Source of the DNA: Thermodesulfobium acidiphilum
GTDB taxonomy: Bacteria > Thermodesulfobiota > Thermodesulfobiia > Thermodesulfobiales > Thermodesulfobiaceae
Direction: 5' to 3'
DNA: 64,000 nt
NCBI RefSeq assembly: GCF_003057965.1
Contig: NZ_CP020921.1
Location: forward strand, 546,916 to 610,915
Shown: piece by piece, positions 1 through 9,608 of the stretch
How the letters are laid out: every line of letters starts with the position of its first letter
Position numbering within the stretch: the stretch's first letter is position 1
Position numbers and translations under genes: made by a program
Notes under the pieces: generated by a model
The model's input: the letters and a program-made list of their open reading frames with translations, nothing else
What the model was told of the DNA's origin: nothing
Databases searched by the model: none

Positions 1-31
1 ATTGAACACTGAAATGGGTGAGCAGTTCTGA
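1..31 (+). CDS. 3' end of upstream gene (partial; probably rbfA by synteny)
   Basis: Frame 2 is open from the window edge (LNTEMGEQF) to TGA at 29-31. rbfA-nrnA-truB-ribF is a common gene order; the identity is inferred from synteny only. Confidence 0.35.
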   Translation, partial: LNTEMGEQF

Positions 32-987
32 GTAAAATATGTGCTAGAATTTTAAACTTATTAAGTAACGCCAATTCTTTTGATATTTTTACACACTTAG
101 AACCTGATGGTGACGCTATAGGTTCTAGTCTTGCTTTATATTTTTACCTGAAGTCAATAGGAAAGGATGTAAGATTTATAAAGCCTTACAGAACTCCAAA
201 TAGTGTTATGGATTTTCCGGGTATGGAAAACGTATATACTGGCAATGATTTTGATTTTTCGAGAGTTGCAATATTACTTGATGCATCTTCATTGAAAAGA
301 ATAGGGAAACCATATGAAGAAATTTTTCCAAAATACAAGAATTTTTTTATAATCGATCATCATCACGGTCCATATTTTGATTCTGCTAACATATACATTG
401 ACACTACTGCTAGTGCAACTGCTGTTTTAGTTTTTGATGTTATAAAAAAGATGAAACAAAATATAAATAATCTGGTAGCGACGTACTTATATTTGGCTTT
501 ACACTACGATACGGGCGGATTTTATTATACAAATACTAATGAAAAATGTTTAAAAGTTGCTTCAAAATTATTAGAATACGGTGTAGATATGAGTTTGGTT
601 ATGAGGTATTATGAGAGAGATGCGAGCAGTATTGCAAAAATGGGTTTTTTATTATCTAAACTAAAGGCTTCTGATGGTATTTCATGGCTTTCTATATCAT
701 ACAAAGATTTTATAAATTTTTCGCTAGAACCAGATATTACTAAAGGTCTTATTGAATGGTTAAGAAGAATAAAGAATTGTAGAGTATCGATAGTCTTTAG
801 AGAGGATCAACCAGGTAAAGTAAAAATAAGTTTTAGAGGGAAGAATACAGGAAAGCTTAACTCTATTGCTGAACACTTTGGAGGTGGGGGACATCCTGAA
901 GCAGCGGGAGCTGTTGTTGATGGTAACTTTGATGAAATAGTCGATTTAGTTTTGAGCTACACTAAAAAAGAGGTTTTTGGTGCTTAA
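28..987 (+). CDS. nrnA: DHH/DHHA1 family phosphoesterase (nanoRNase/pAp phosphatase NrnA); probable CTG start
   Basis: Motifs THLEPDGDAIGS (upstream of the called ATG at 208), IDHH, DTGGF, SFRG and GGGGHPEAAG. The frame is open from 22; CTG at 28 follows SD-like GGGTGAG. Confidence 0.85.
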   Translation: MSKICARILNLLSNANSFDIFTHLEPDGDAIGSSLALYFYLKSIGKDVRFIKPYRTPNSVMDFPGMENVYTGNDFDFSRVAILLDASSLKRIGKPYEEIFPKYKNFFIIDHHHGPYFDSANIYIDTTASATAVLVFDVIKKMKQNINNLVATYLYLALHYDTGGFYYTNTNEKCLKVASKLLEYGVDMSLVMRYYERDASSIAKMGFLLSKLKASDGISWLSISYKDFINFSLEPDITKGLIEWLRRIKNCRVSIVFREDQPGKVKISFRGKNTGKLNSIAEHFGGGGHPEAAGAVVDGNFDEIVDLVLSYTKKEVFGA

Positions 988-1885
988 CGGCTTTTTAAAC
1001 GTTTTTAAAGATAAATCTAAAAGTTCTTTTGAAGTTGTTGACTCAATTAAGAAGATGTTTAAAGACGAGCTTGGTGCTGACATAAAGATAGGACATTTAG
1101 GAACGCTTGATCCGTGCGCAGTAGGAGTTTTACCTATAGCTTTAGGAAAGGCTACCAGGCTTTGTGAATTTATTGAGAATAAGGATAAAAAATATCTCTT
1201 TGAGCTTACTTTGGGGTTTAAGACTACTACTGGAGATCAAGAAGGAGATGTTTTAGATGTTCAAACTATTCCACATATTTCTGATGAAAGGATTATTTCT
1301 GTTTGTTCTGATCTTATAGGTTGCTATTTCCAAAAAGTACCTTCTTATTCTGCTTCTAAGGTTGAAGGCAAGAGGTTTTATGAGTTGGCAAGAGCAAATC
1401 AGAAAGTCCCTGAGCGATATAAAGAAGTAAATATAAAGCAACTTAAATTTATTAAACGAAATAAAAATTCGCTTTGGTTTGAGGTTTTGTGTTCCTTTGG
1501 AACATATATAAGAACTTTGTGTGAAGATATAGCTGTAAAGCTGGGAACTATTGGGACAATGACATTTTTGCTTAGGGAAACATCTGGAGACTTTCATCTA
1601 AAGGATAGCATTAGTCTTGAGAAATTAAGAAATTTGATTATGAGAAGAGAATATTTTAAAGTTATAATTCCTGTGAACAAGATGTTGTCACATATACCAG
1701 TTGTAGTATTAAATTATGAGAATGCTAAGAAATTTGTAGCTGGTCAAGAAGTTTGGATAAAGAAGGATTTTGATAATTTTGAAATATTAAGAATATTTTG
1801 TATGTCTGGGACATTTCTGGGTTTGGCTGAAAAATCTAAAGGTGAGAAAAAAATTTGGAAACCTAATAAGGTGATAATTATATGA
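977..1885 (+). CDS. truB: tRNA pseudouridine(55) synthase
   Basis: KIGHLGTLDP, PSYSASKVEG and CSFGTYIRTL motifs. Confidence 0.95.
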   Translation: MVLNGFLNVFKDKSKSSFEVVDSIKKMFKDELGADIKIGHLGTLDPCAVGVLPIALGKATRLCEFIENKDKKYLFELTLGFKTTTGDQEGDVLDVQTIPHISDERIISVCSDLIGCYFQKVPSYSASKVEGKRFYELARANQKVPERYKEVNIKQLKFIKRNKNSLWFEVLCSFGTYIRTLCEDIAVKLGTIGTMTFLLRETSGDFHLKDSISLEKLRNLIMRREYFKVIIPVNKMLSHIPVVVLNYENAKKFVAGQEVWIKKDFDNFEILRIFCMSGTFLGLAEKSKGEKKIWKPNKVIII

Positions 1886-2805
1886 TAAGAGGTATTTATA
1901 GAAAAGAAAATAAAAATGGATCAAGATTTTTGACCATTGGTACATTTGACGGAGTACATTTAGGACATCAATTGTTATTTAAGCAACTTAAAAAAATGAG
2001 AAAAGATAGTGAGGATTTAATTAGCGTAGTAACATTCGAACCGCACCCGAGGATTTTTTTTAAAAGCATAGAAAATCTGTCGCTAATTACTATTATTGAG
2101 GAAAGAATAAGGTTGTTGTTAGAACACGTTGATGAGGTAATAGTTTTGCAGTTCGATGAGTCACTCTCAAAACTTACTCCAGAAGAATTTATTAATTTTC
2201 TTTGTAGTAATTTTAAAATTAATACAATTGTTGAAGGGGAAAATTTCCATTTTGGACGCAAAAAAGGTGGAGACGTTAATCTTTTAAAGGAACTGGGAAA
2301 TAAGTTTGGATTTAACGTAGACATTGCAAACCTGTATATATTTGACGGAGTTCCAATTTCAAGCTCAAGAATTAGGAGGCTTATAATATCTGGAAAGATT
2401 GATGAGGCAAATAAGCTACTTGGTTGGGATTTTTTTGTTTCTGGAGAAGTAATTCATGGAGACCGTATAGGCACATTTTTAGGCTTTCCAACTGCTAATC
2501 TTAGATTGCCTGAATATAAAATCGTTCCACAATCAGGAGTTTATTCTGCTGAGGTTGAAATTGCAGGTGAGAGATATTTAGGAGCGCTTAATATTGGTGT
2601 AAAACCAACTGTTGGTGGGAAAAGAAGATCTATTGAAGTACATGTAATAAACTTTGAAGGCAATCTTTACCAGGAAGTTATTACAGTTTACTTTAAATCT
2701 AAAATTAGAGACGAGATAAAATTCGATTCAATTGCCGCGTTAAAAAAACAGATAAAGTTAGACATAGAAAACATTGTAAGGACTAGCAATAGAGAGAAAG
2801 TTTAA
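1882..2805 (+). CDS. ribF: Bifunctional riboflavin kinase/FAD synthetase
   Basis: IGTFDGVHLGHQ, ISSSRIR, GFPTAN and NIGVKPT motifs. Confidence 0.95.
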   Translation: MIRGIYRKENKNGSRFLTIGTFDGVHLGHQLLFKQLKKMRKDSEDLISVVTFEPHPRIFFKSIENLSLITIIEERIRLLLEHVDEVIVLQFDESLSKLTPEEFINFLCSNFKINTIVEGENFHFGRKKGGDVNLLKELGNKFGFNVDIANLYIFDGVPISSSRIRRLIISGKIDEANKLLGWDFFVSGEVIHGDRIGTFLGFPTANLRLPEYKIVPQSGVYSAEVEIAGERYLGALNIGVKPTVGGKRRSIEVHVINFEGNLYQEVITVYFKSKIRDEIKFDSIAALKKQIKLDIENIVRTSNREKV

Positions 2806-2814
2806 TATATATTC

Positions 2815-3198
2815 TTAATCTCTTATAAGATCGGGCCTTAATTTTGATGCTTCATTAAGAAATATATGTTTTATTTGGTTTTTTGCCTTTTTGCTATAGC
2901 ACTGTAAAAGTATTCTTATACACATTTTTGGTGCATTAACAACTTTTGCCTCTAATGTCCCGAAAACTGGAGTGGATGGAAATGTTTCTCTTACAAATTT
3001 TCCTGCAAATTCAGAGTGAATGTCATTAGTTACTGATATAAAAAAGTTAACCATATCTTCTTCCTTTATATCATTTTCATTAACCATTTTAGTGACCAAC
3101 TCAATAACCTTTTCCTTTATTTCATTTGGATCGTCTTTTAATAGAGTAGTAGCTCCTCTAATTGCCAGTAGCCTTGAATTTTCTTTATACTCTTCCAT
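2815..3198 (-). CDS. aroH: AroH-type chorismate mutase
   Basis: AIRGATT at the N-terminus, MCIRILL, and a C-terminal LRPDL. Confidence 0.9.
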   Translation of the reverse strand: MEEYKENSRLLAIRGATTLLKDDPNEIKEKVIELVTKMVNENDIKEEDMVNFFISVTNDIHSEFAGKFVRETFPSTPVFGTLEAKVVNAPKMCIRILLQCYSKKAKNQIKHIFLNEASKLRPDLIRD

Positions 3199-3294
3199 TC
3201 TATGCTCTCCTCTTTAAGTTTTTTTTTATAATAATTAAAAAAATAAAATAAAATTTTTTACCTTATTGTCTTATAATAAAGTATCATAAAAAAT

Positions 3295-4173
3295 ATGGAG
3301 TTGATAAAGTTGAGTGCAATTATATTAAACGGAAAAGAGGTAGCTAGTCAATGGGAGAAAAAAAATATTTTAAGAGTGCAAAATCTAAAAACAAAAGGAG
3401 TAAGTGTCTGTCTTGCGGTTGCAAGATTTAATGATGATGAAGCGTCAAAGGTTTATGTTAAAAAGAAAGTTGCAATGTGTGAAAAATTGGGCATAAAACC
3501 CATTCTTATAGAAGAGGAAGGCCTGGATCAGGAAAGAATAGAAAATAGAGTTTCTTCTCTGAATAAAGACAAAGAGATAAATGGAATAATAGTTCAATTA
3601 CCCTTACCCAAGGGCATTGACAAAGAAAGGGTTTTATCTTTGGTTAGTCCTGAAAAGGATGTAGATGGCTTAAATGTTTTTTCATGTGGCTTGTTATACA
3701 AAAACATGCCTGGTTTGAGGCCATGTACTCCAAGTGGGATAATTCGCTTATTAAAAGAATACAAAATAGAACTTATTGGTAAAAGAGCTGTAATTCTTGG
3801 AAGGAGTCAACTTGTAGGTCTGCCAATTTTTTTGATGCTTTTGCATGAGAATGCCACACCAACTATTGTACATTCAAAAACTATGGACCTAAAAAATATA
3901 TGCAAAGAAGCAGACATATTAATTGTTGCCACTGGAAAAGCAAAAATGGTAAATAGAGAGTATGTAAAAAAAGGGGCAGTAGTAGTTGATGTAGGAATAT
4001 CCAGAGTAGATGGTAAAATCGTTGGTGACGTTGATTTTGATGATGTTTTTGATGTAGCTGGTTATCTTACTCCAGTGCCGGGTGGTGTAGGACCTCTGAC
4101 TATAATGTCTTTGATGGAAAATGTAATTAACGCAGCTTCTATTCAGGCAGGCATAAAAGATGACGTTGTTTAG
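3295..4173 (+). CDS. folD: Methylenetetrahydrofolate dehydrogenase/cyclohydrolase
   Basis: GIIVQLPLP, KDVDG, PCTPSG and TPVPGGVGPLT motifs; the true start may be TTG at 3310. Confidence 0.95.
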   Translation: MELIKLSAIILNGKEVASQWEKKNILRVQNLKTKGVSVCLAVARFNDDEASKVYVKKKVAMCEKLGIKPILIEEEGLDQERIENRVSSLNKDKEINGIIVQLPLPKGIDKERVLSLVSPEKDVDGLNVFSCGLLYKNMPGLRPCTPSGIIRLLKEYKIELIGKRAVILGRSQLVGLPIFLMLLHENATPTIVHSKTMDLKNICKEADILIVATGKAKMVNREYVKKGAVVVDVGISRVDGKIVGDVDFDDVFDVAGYLTPVPGGVGPLTIMSLMENVINAASIQAGIKDDVV

Positions 4174-5209
4174 AAAGGACCTTTTAGAGATTGAACCATA
4201 TAGACCAGTAGAGGTTGAAGATGCAATTAGGCTTGATAGAAATGAAAGTCCATTTGATTTACCAGTGCAGGTGAAAGAGGAAATTATTAGTGCGTTTTCT
4301 AGGCTTCGACTGAATCATTATCCTGATGCGTGGTGCAGTTCTGTAAAAGAAGCATTTAGCCAATATGTTGGTAAAATAAAACCCGAAGAAGTTACTGTAG
4401 GAAATGGTTGCGATGAAGTTATCCAAAATGTAATTATGGCATTTGCATTAAATAATGGTCCTGTCCTTTCCTTTAGGCCGACATTTCCTACTTATCAAAT
4501 AGCTTCAAGGAATTTGGGAGTTGAGTATATAGAAATTCCTTTAAATGAAGACTTTACAATACCTATTGAAAAAACAATTGATGTTTTGAAAGAAAAAAAG
4601 CCTTCAGTAGTTGTGATATGTAATCCTAACAACCCAACTGGAAACTGTTTTCCAGAAGAATATATAGAAAGTATAATTAATAGTACAATAGGAGTTGTCT
4701 TAATTGACGAGGTTTATTTTGAGTTTAGTAAAAAAAGCTTTGTTGACAAATTTAGGCTATATCCAAATGTTTTAATATTGAGAACCTTATCTAAAGCCTT
4801 TTCGGGTGCAGGAATAAGAATTGGTTTTGCTTTTGGAAACAAACTTCTAATAGATGAAGTTGAAAAGGTAAGATTACCATATTTACTTTCCCACTTTTCA
4901 CAAGTGGCAGGGAGCATTCTACTTAAAAGTAGTAACCTATTCAAGCCGAATATTGATGCTATTAGTGCTGAGATAAAAAAAATTTACGATGGCTTATTAA
5001 AAATGGGAATCAAAGCCTATCCTACTGAAGCTAACTTTTTGTTAGCAAAATTTGATAAACCTGCTAAAAATATTGTTGAAAAGCTTAGAAAAAGAAAAGT
5101 TTTAGTAAGATATTTTCCATATTTGCCTAACTTTATTAGGATTTCTGCTGGCAGAAGTTCTGATACAAATATCTTGTTAAAGGAGCTTGAAAGAATACTA
5201 AATGAGTAA
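4160..5209 (+). CDS. hisC: Histidinol-phosphate aminotransferase
   Basis: LDRNESP, CNPNNPTG, IDEVY and LRTLSKAFSGAGIRIG (PLP lysine); lies in the his cluster. Confidence 0.9.
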   Translation: MTLFRKDLLEIEPYRPVEVEDAIRLDRNESPFDLPVQVKEEIISAFSRLRLNHYPDAWCSSVKEAFSQYVGKIKPEEVTVGNGCDEVIQNVIMAFALNNGPVLSFRPTFPTYQIASRNLGVEYIEIPLNEDFTIPIEKTIDVLKEKKPSVVVICNPNNPTGNCFPEEYIESIINSTIGVVLIDEVYFEFSKKSFVDKFRLYPNVLILRTLSKAFSGAGIRIGFAFGNKLLIDEVEKVRLPYLLSHFSQVAGSILLKSSNLFKPNIDAISAEIKKIYDGLLKMGIKAYPTEANFLLAKFDKPAKNIVEKLRKRKVLVRYFPYLPNFIRISAGRSSDTNILLKELERILNE

Positions 5210-6011
5210 TTTTATAGTTTTTGATATAGATGGAGTTTTGATCCAAACTAACGGTTCTTTTGTAGAATCTACAATTAAGACCTTTGAGTATGTTAGAAAT
5301 TTATTTGGTAAGAGCTCAAAATGTAATATTGAACACATAGGCTTTTTAAAGTCACTGCGGGGGTTTAATAATGATTGGGATTTAACATATGCTCTTTTGG
5401 CAATTAGCTGGAATTATCCTACTTTTGAAGAGGCAGAATTTCTTGAAATTTTGAAAAATTATTTCAAGAAAAATAGTGAACTCCCCAAAATAGAAATTGG
5501 TTATGAGTTTGTTAAAAGAATCTTTCAAGAATTTTACCTTGGTGAAAAACTTTTTTTTGACATATATTTGGAGAAACCAAAGTATGTATTTTTTAAAGGT
5601 TTTATTTATCAAGAAAAACCTTTGATTAATTTTTGTAATTATTCTATAGATAGGCAAAAAATAGGAATTTATTCTGGAAGATGTTTTAAGGAAGCCGAAG
5701 TTGCTTTGAGGGCAGTTAATCTAATTGTGTTGAATGATTTTTATTTTACTGATGATAGCGGCTTTAAAAAGCCTGATCCTACCCCTCTTGAGAAGATGTT
5801 TGTTATGAACAAATGTTCACAAATGACTTACGTGGGCGATACTTTGGATGACCTTGAATTGGTTATAAGAGCAAGAGAAAAAGGATTACCTGTAGAATTT
5901 GTTGGAGTTAAAACTGGAACATATTCAAATCAGCTTATTGACAAAATAGAAAACTTTTCCTTTGCAAAAATGTATGAAAATGTAAGGGATTATTTGGATA
6001 AAATTCTTTAA
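5202..6011 (+). CDS. HAD-superfamily hydrolase, candidate histidinol-phosphate phosphatase
   Basis: FDIDGVL, GFNNDWD, KKPDP and YVGDTLDD motifs; lies between hisC and hisB. Confidence 0.75.
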   Translation: MSNFIVFDIDGVLIQTNGSFVESTIKTFEYVRNLFGKSSKCNIEHIGFLKSLRGFNNDWDLTYALLAISWNYPTFEEAEFLEILKNYFKKNSELPKIEIGYEFVKRIFQEFYLGEKLFFDIYLEKPKYVFFKGFIYQEKPLINFCNYSIDRQKIGIYSGRCFKEAEVALRAVNLIVLNDFYFTDDSGFKKPDPTPLEKMFVMNKCSQMTYVGDTLDDLELVIRAREKGLPVEFVGVKTGTYSNQLIDKIENFSFAKMYENVRDYLDKIL

Positions 6012-6130
6012 ATTAAGCTACCTTTTTAAGCTTTATTTTTATGATTAAACTGGTGTTTAAAAATTTAGTAAAGTTTGGTTTTGGAATTTATAGTTACTTT
6101 CAAACAAACAAAGAGAGGTAGGTTTTCAAA

Positions 6131-6739
6131 ATGACTTTTGGAAGCAAGAAAAAAATAGCAAGAGTGTCAAAAATTAAAAGGAAAACTTATGAAACCGACA
6201 TTGATTTGGAAATTAACATAGATGGAACAGGAGAAAATTCAATACTAACTAATATTGGTTTTTTTGACCATATGCTCTCTACTCTTTCAAAACACTCAAA
6301 TGTTGACATGAAATTGAGGTGTACAGGAGATTTAGAAGTTGATTATCATCATAGCGTTGAAGATGTAGGAATTGTTGTTGGAGAAGCTTTATTAAAGGCC
6401 TTAGGGGATAAGGTTGGTATAAAAAGGTTTTCAAATGCAATCCTGCCAATGGACGATGCGTTAGTTTTGTGTGCTATAGATATTTCTGGCAGACCTTATT
6501 TTTCTTATGATGTTGAATTTGATTCCAAAATTATAGGCAAATTTAATACAGAACTTGTAGAAGTTTTTTTTAACTCTCTAGCGATGAATTTGAAAGCAAA
6601 CCTTCATTTTAAGAAGATTTCTGGATTTAATAGCCATCATATTGCAGAAGCATGCTTTAAATCATTTGCTATATGTTTGAAAGATGCTGTAGCTTTGACT
6701 AATTCGGGATCTATTCCATCTGTTAAGGGGAGTATTTAA
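6131..6739 (+). CDS. hisB: Imidazoleglycerol-phosphate dehydratase
   Basis: FFDHML, DYHHSVED, PMDDAL, NSHHIAEACFK and PSVKG motifs; monofunctional form. Confidence 0.95.
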   Translation: MTFGSKKKIARVSKIKRKTYETDIDLEINIDGTGENSILTNIGFFDHMLSTLSKHSNVDMKLRCTGDLEVDYHHSVEDVGIVVGEALLKALGDKVGIKRFSNAILPMDDALVLCAIDISGRPYFSYDVEFDSKIIGKFNTELVEVFFNSLAMNLKANLHFKKISGFNSHHIAEACFKSFAICLKDAVALTNSGSIPSVKGSI

Positions 6740-7347
6740 TGATAGGGGTTTTGTGCTATAAAGGAGGAGGAAATTTAGGTAGTGTATTTAAAGCAATTAG
6801 TTATTTGGGTTATGAATTTAAAGAAATTTGGAATCAAGAAGATTTGAGAAAAGCCGATGCTTTGATTTTCCCTGGACAAGGCTCCTTTGCACAGGCAAAT
6901 AAATCTCTTAAAGAAGCTAATCTTTGGGAAGCATTAAAGGAATTCATATACTCAGGTAAACCCTTCTTTGGAATCTGTTTGGGCTTGCAATTGCTTTTTG
7001 ATTATTCTGATGAATTTGGATTTACAGAAGGTTTGAAAATTATTTCTGGAAAAGTTGTAGAATTTCAAAAGGATTTCATAAGACCGCATCTTGGTTGGAA
7101 CCAAGTTTTTAATACTTCTGACTTGAAATTTTTTAAAGATATACCTGATGCTTCTTCTTTCTATTTTGTTCATTCTTATTATCCAGAAGTTTATGATCTG
7201 TCTTGCAAAAAGGGATTTAGTGAATATGTGGATAAAAAATTTGTATGCGTTGTTGAAAAAGAAAACGTATTTGCCTGTCAATTTCACCCTGAAAAGAGTG
7301 GACGTTGGGGACTTAAGCTCTTGGATAATTTTTTGAGTTCAATATAG
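6739..7347 (+). CDS. hisH: Imidazole glycerol phosphate synthase glutaminase subunit
   Basis: PGQGSF, GICLGLQ, PHLGWN, YFVHSY and QFHPEKS motifs. Confidence 0.95.
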   Translation: MIGVLCYKGGGNLGSVFKAISYLGYEFKEIWNQEDLRKADALIFPGQGSFAQANKSLKEANLWEALKEFIYSGKPFFGICLGLQLLFDYSDEFGFTEGLKIISGKVVEFQKDFIRPHLGWNQVFNTSDLKFFKDIPDASSFYFVHSYYPEVYDLSCKKGFSEYVDKKFVCVVEKENVFACQFHPEKSGRWGLKLLDNFLSSI

Positions 7348-7439
7348 TTATAAAAGTTATAAAATAGTTATAGATTATAAATTTTTTACCTTTATGTTAT
7401 CCAACATCAACAGGGCTAATTACTTTTTAAGGAGGTTAA

Positions 7440-8147
7440 ATGTTTGAAATAATACCTGCAATTGATATATACCGGAATAATGTTGTTAGACTCTATCGAG
7501 GTGATTTTGATAAAATAAAAATATATGGGAAACCTGAAGAATATTTTGATAAGCTAAAATCTTCTGGAATTAATTTTGTGCACATAATTGATCTGGAGGC
7601 TTCTAAAAGTGGTAAATTTACTGCATTTAACGTTCTTGAAATGGCAAAGTCAAGGGGTTTTGTCGTCCAATGGGGGGGAGGAATAAGAAAATACGATGAT
7701 GTTAAGGAACTGGCAAAGTTGGGAGCCGATAGAGTTATTATTGGAACGGTTGCTTTTACTGATGAGGAAACTCTTGATAGGATTTTAAAAGATTTTGGAG
7801 ACAAAGTCCTTATTTCTTTAGATTTTAAGGATGAAAAACTTTGTTATCATGGATGGACTTCTTCAATTTCCTTAGAATTAAAAGATTTACAGAATAAATT
7901 TGCGAACAAAAATAATCTGGGTTTTTTGGTTACAGACATAAATAAAGATGGTACGCTTTCTGATCCTTCGGAAGAGTTATTTGAAAGTATTAGAAAAATA
8001 TTTCCAAAACACAGATTAATAGGTGCTGGAGGAATCTCAAAAAAAGAACACATTCATGTCCTTGAAAGCATTGGGTTTAACGGTGCGGTAATAGGTAAAG
8101 CATGGGTGGAAGGTCATATAAAATTTTTTGATGGAAGGGTAATTTAA
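7440..8147 (+). CDS. hisA: ProFAR isomerase
   Basis: IIPAIDI..VVRL, HIIDL, QWGGGIR and TDINKDGTL motifs. Confidence 0.9.
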   Translation: MFEIIPAIDIYRNNVVRLYRGDFDKIKIYGKPEEYFDKLKSSGINFVHIIDLEASKSGKFTAFNVLEMAKSRGFVVQWGGGIRKYDDVKELAKLGADRVIIGTVAFTDEETLDRILKDFGDKVLISLDFKDEKLCYHGWTSSISLELKDLQNKFANKNNLGFLVTDINKDGTLSDPSEELFESIRKIFPKHRLIGAGGISKKEHIHVLESIGFNGAVIGKAWVEGHIKFFDGRVI

Positions 8148-8149
8148 TC

Positions 8150-9535
8150 ATGTGTGGAATATTTGGAATTCTTTGCCCATCGAGGAAAGATGTTGCTAAG
8201 CATACATATTTTGCTTTATATTCACTTCAACATAGAGGGCAAGAAAGTTGTGGTATAGCTGCTACTGATGGGACAAGTTTGATGATACAAAGGTCTATGG
8301 GTTTAGTATCTTCTGCATTTTCTGAAAGAGAACTCCAGGAATTATATGGTTATGCTGCTCTTGGTCATGTTAGGTATTCAACAACTGGAAGGCCTAGTAT
8401 AGAAAACGCACAGCCTTTAAAGATGAGATATAAAGGCGGAACCTTTGCTTTAGCGCACAATGGAAATATTGTGAACGTCAAAGAACTCAGAGAGCAAGTT
8501 TATAGCCTTGGTATTTCACCATACACATCTTCTGATACAGAGCTTATGGGCCATTTAATTGCTAGAAACTTCCAGGATGATTTTAAATCAACTCTTGCCA
8601 ACGTGTGTAAGGGATTCATTGGTGCTTATTCTTTAGTTTTTTTAACTGAGGAAGAAATTTATGCAATTAGGGATCCATGGGGTTTTAGACCACTTTGTAT
8701 GGGCTCTTATGAAGATGGTTTTGTGATATCGTCTGAAACTTGTGCATTTGACATTATTGGTGCGAGATTTATTAAGGAAATTTCACCTGGCGAAATGGTT
8801 AGGATTCACAGAAATGGTTATGAAGTGGACCAAATATTAGAACCACAAGGTAATTTCTTGTGTTCTTTTGAATATATATACTTTGCTAGACCTGATTCTG
8901 TAGTTATGGGAAAGCGACTTTATGAGGTTAGAAAGAGATTTGGCGAACTTTTAGCTGAAGAATCGCCAGTAGATGCTGATATAGTTGTCAGTATACCAGA
9001 CTCAGGTACTCCAGCTGCAATTGGCTTTGCCCAAAGGTGCAAAATACCCTTTAACGAGGTATTTATAAAAAATAGATATGTAGGAAGGACTTTTATTCAA
9101 CCTACAAAAGAATTAAGAGAAAGAGGCGTTCGCCTAAAATTAAATCCTATTTCGGAATTGGTTAGAGGAAAAAGAGTTGTGGTTGTAGATGATTCTATTG
9201 TTCGAGGTACGACAAGTAAGGAAATTGTTAAAATGCTTTGGGAGTGCGAGCCAAAAGAAATCCATTTTAGAGTAAGTTCTCCAATGGTTAGCCATCCATG
9301 TTTTTATGGTATTGATACTGCTTCAAGAGGAGAGCTTTTGGCTAGTAAAATGAATGTTGAGCAGATTAGGGAGTTTCTTTGTGTAAATAGCCTGGCATAC
9401 CTTTCAACAAAAAGTACTATTGAGGCTATCGGGATTGAATATCCATGTCTTGCCTGTTTTGGGGCAGATTATCCTACTTATATACCCAGTGAGGAAGTTA
9501 GAGAAAAGTATGTGCTTGAAAAAAACGAAAAGTGA
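8150..9535 (+). CDS. purF: Amidophosphoribosyltransferase
   Basis: N-terminal MCGIFG, LQHRGQE, GHVRYST and VVVVDDSIVRGTT. Confidence 0.97.
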   Translation: MCGIFGILCPSRKDVAKHTYFALYSLQHRGQESCGIAATDGTSLMIQRSMGLVSSAFSERELQELYGYAALGHVRYSTTGRPSIENAQPLKMRYKGGTFALAHNGNIVNVKELREQVYSLGISPYTSSDTELMGHLIARNFQDDFKSTLANVCKGFIGAYSLVFLTEEEIYAIRDPWGFRPLCMGSYEDGFVISSETCAFDIIGARFIKEISPGEMVRIHRNGYEVDQILEPQGNFLCSFEYIYFARPDSVVMGKRLYEVRKRFGELLAEESPVDADIVVSIPDSGTPAAIGFAQRCKIPFNEVFIKNRYVGRTFIQPTKELRERGVRLKLNPISELVRGKRVVVVDDSIVRGTTSKEIVKMLWECEPKEIHFRVSSPMVSHPCFYGIDTASRGELLASKMNVEQIREFLCVNSLAYLSTKSTIEAIGIEYPCLACFGADYPTYIPSEEVREKYVLEKNEK

Positions 9536-9608
9536 TAAATGATAAATACTAATATTTATTACTTTCTTATCATAAATTTATAATTGTTTTATAGAAAGAA
9601 GGTGTGTT

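Noticed and set aside
7345-7400. Short GTTATAAAA-like repeats between hisH and hisA
   Set aside because: Only three or four degenerate AT-rich units with no spacers; not a CRISPR array and not distinguishable from low-complexity promoter DNA.
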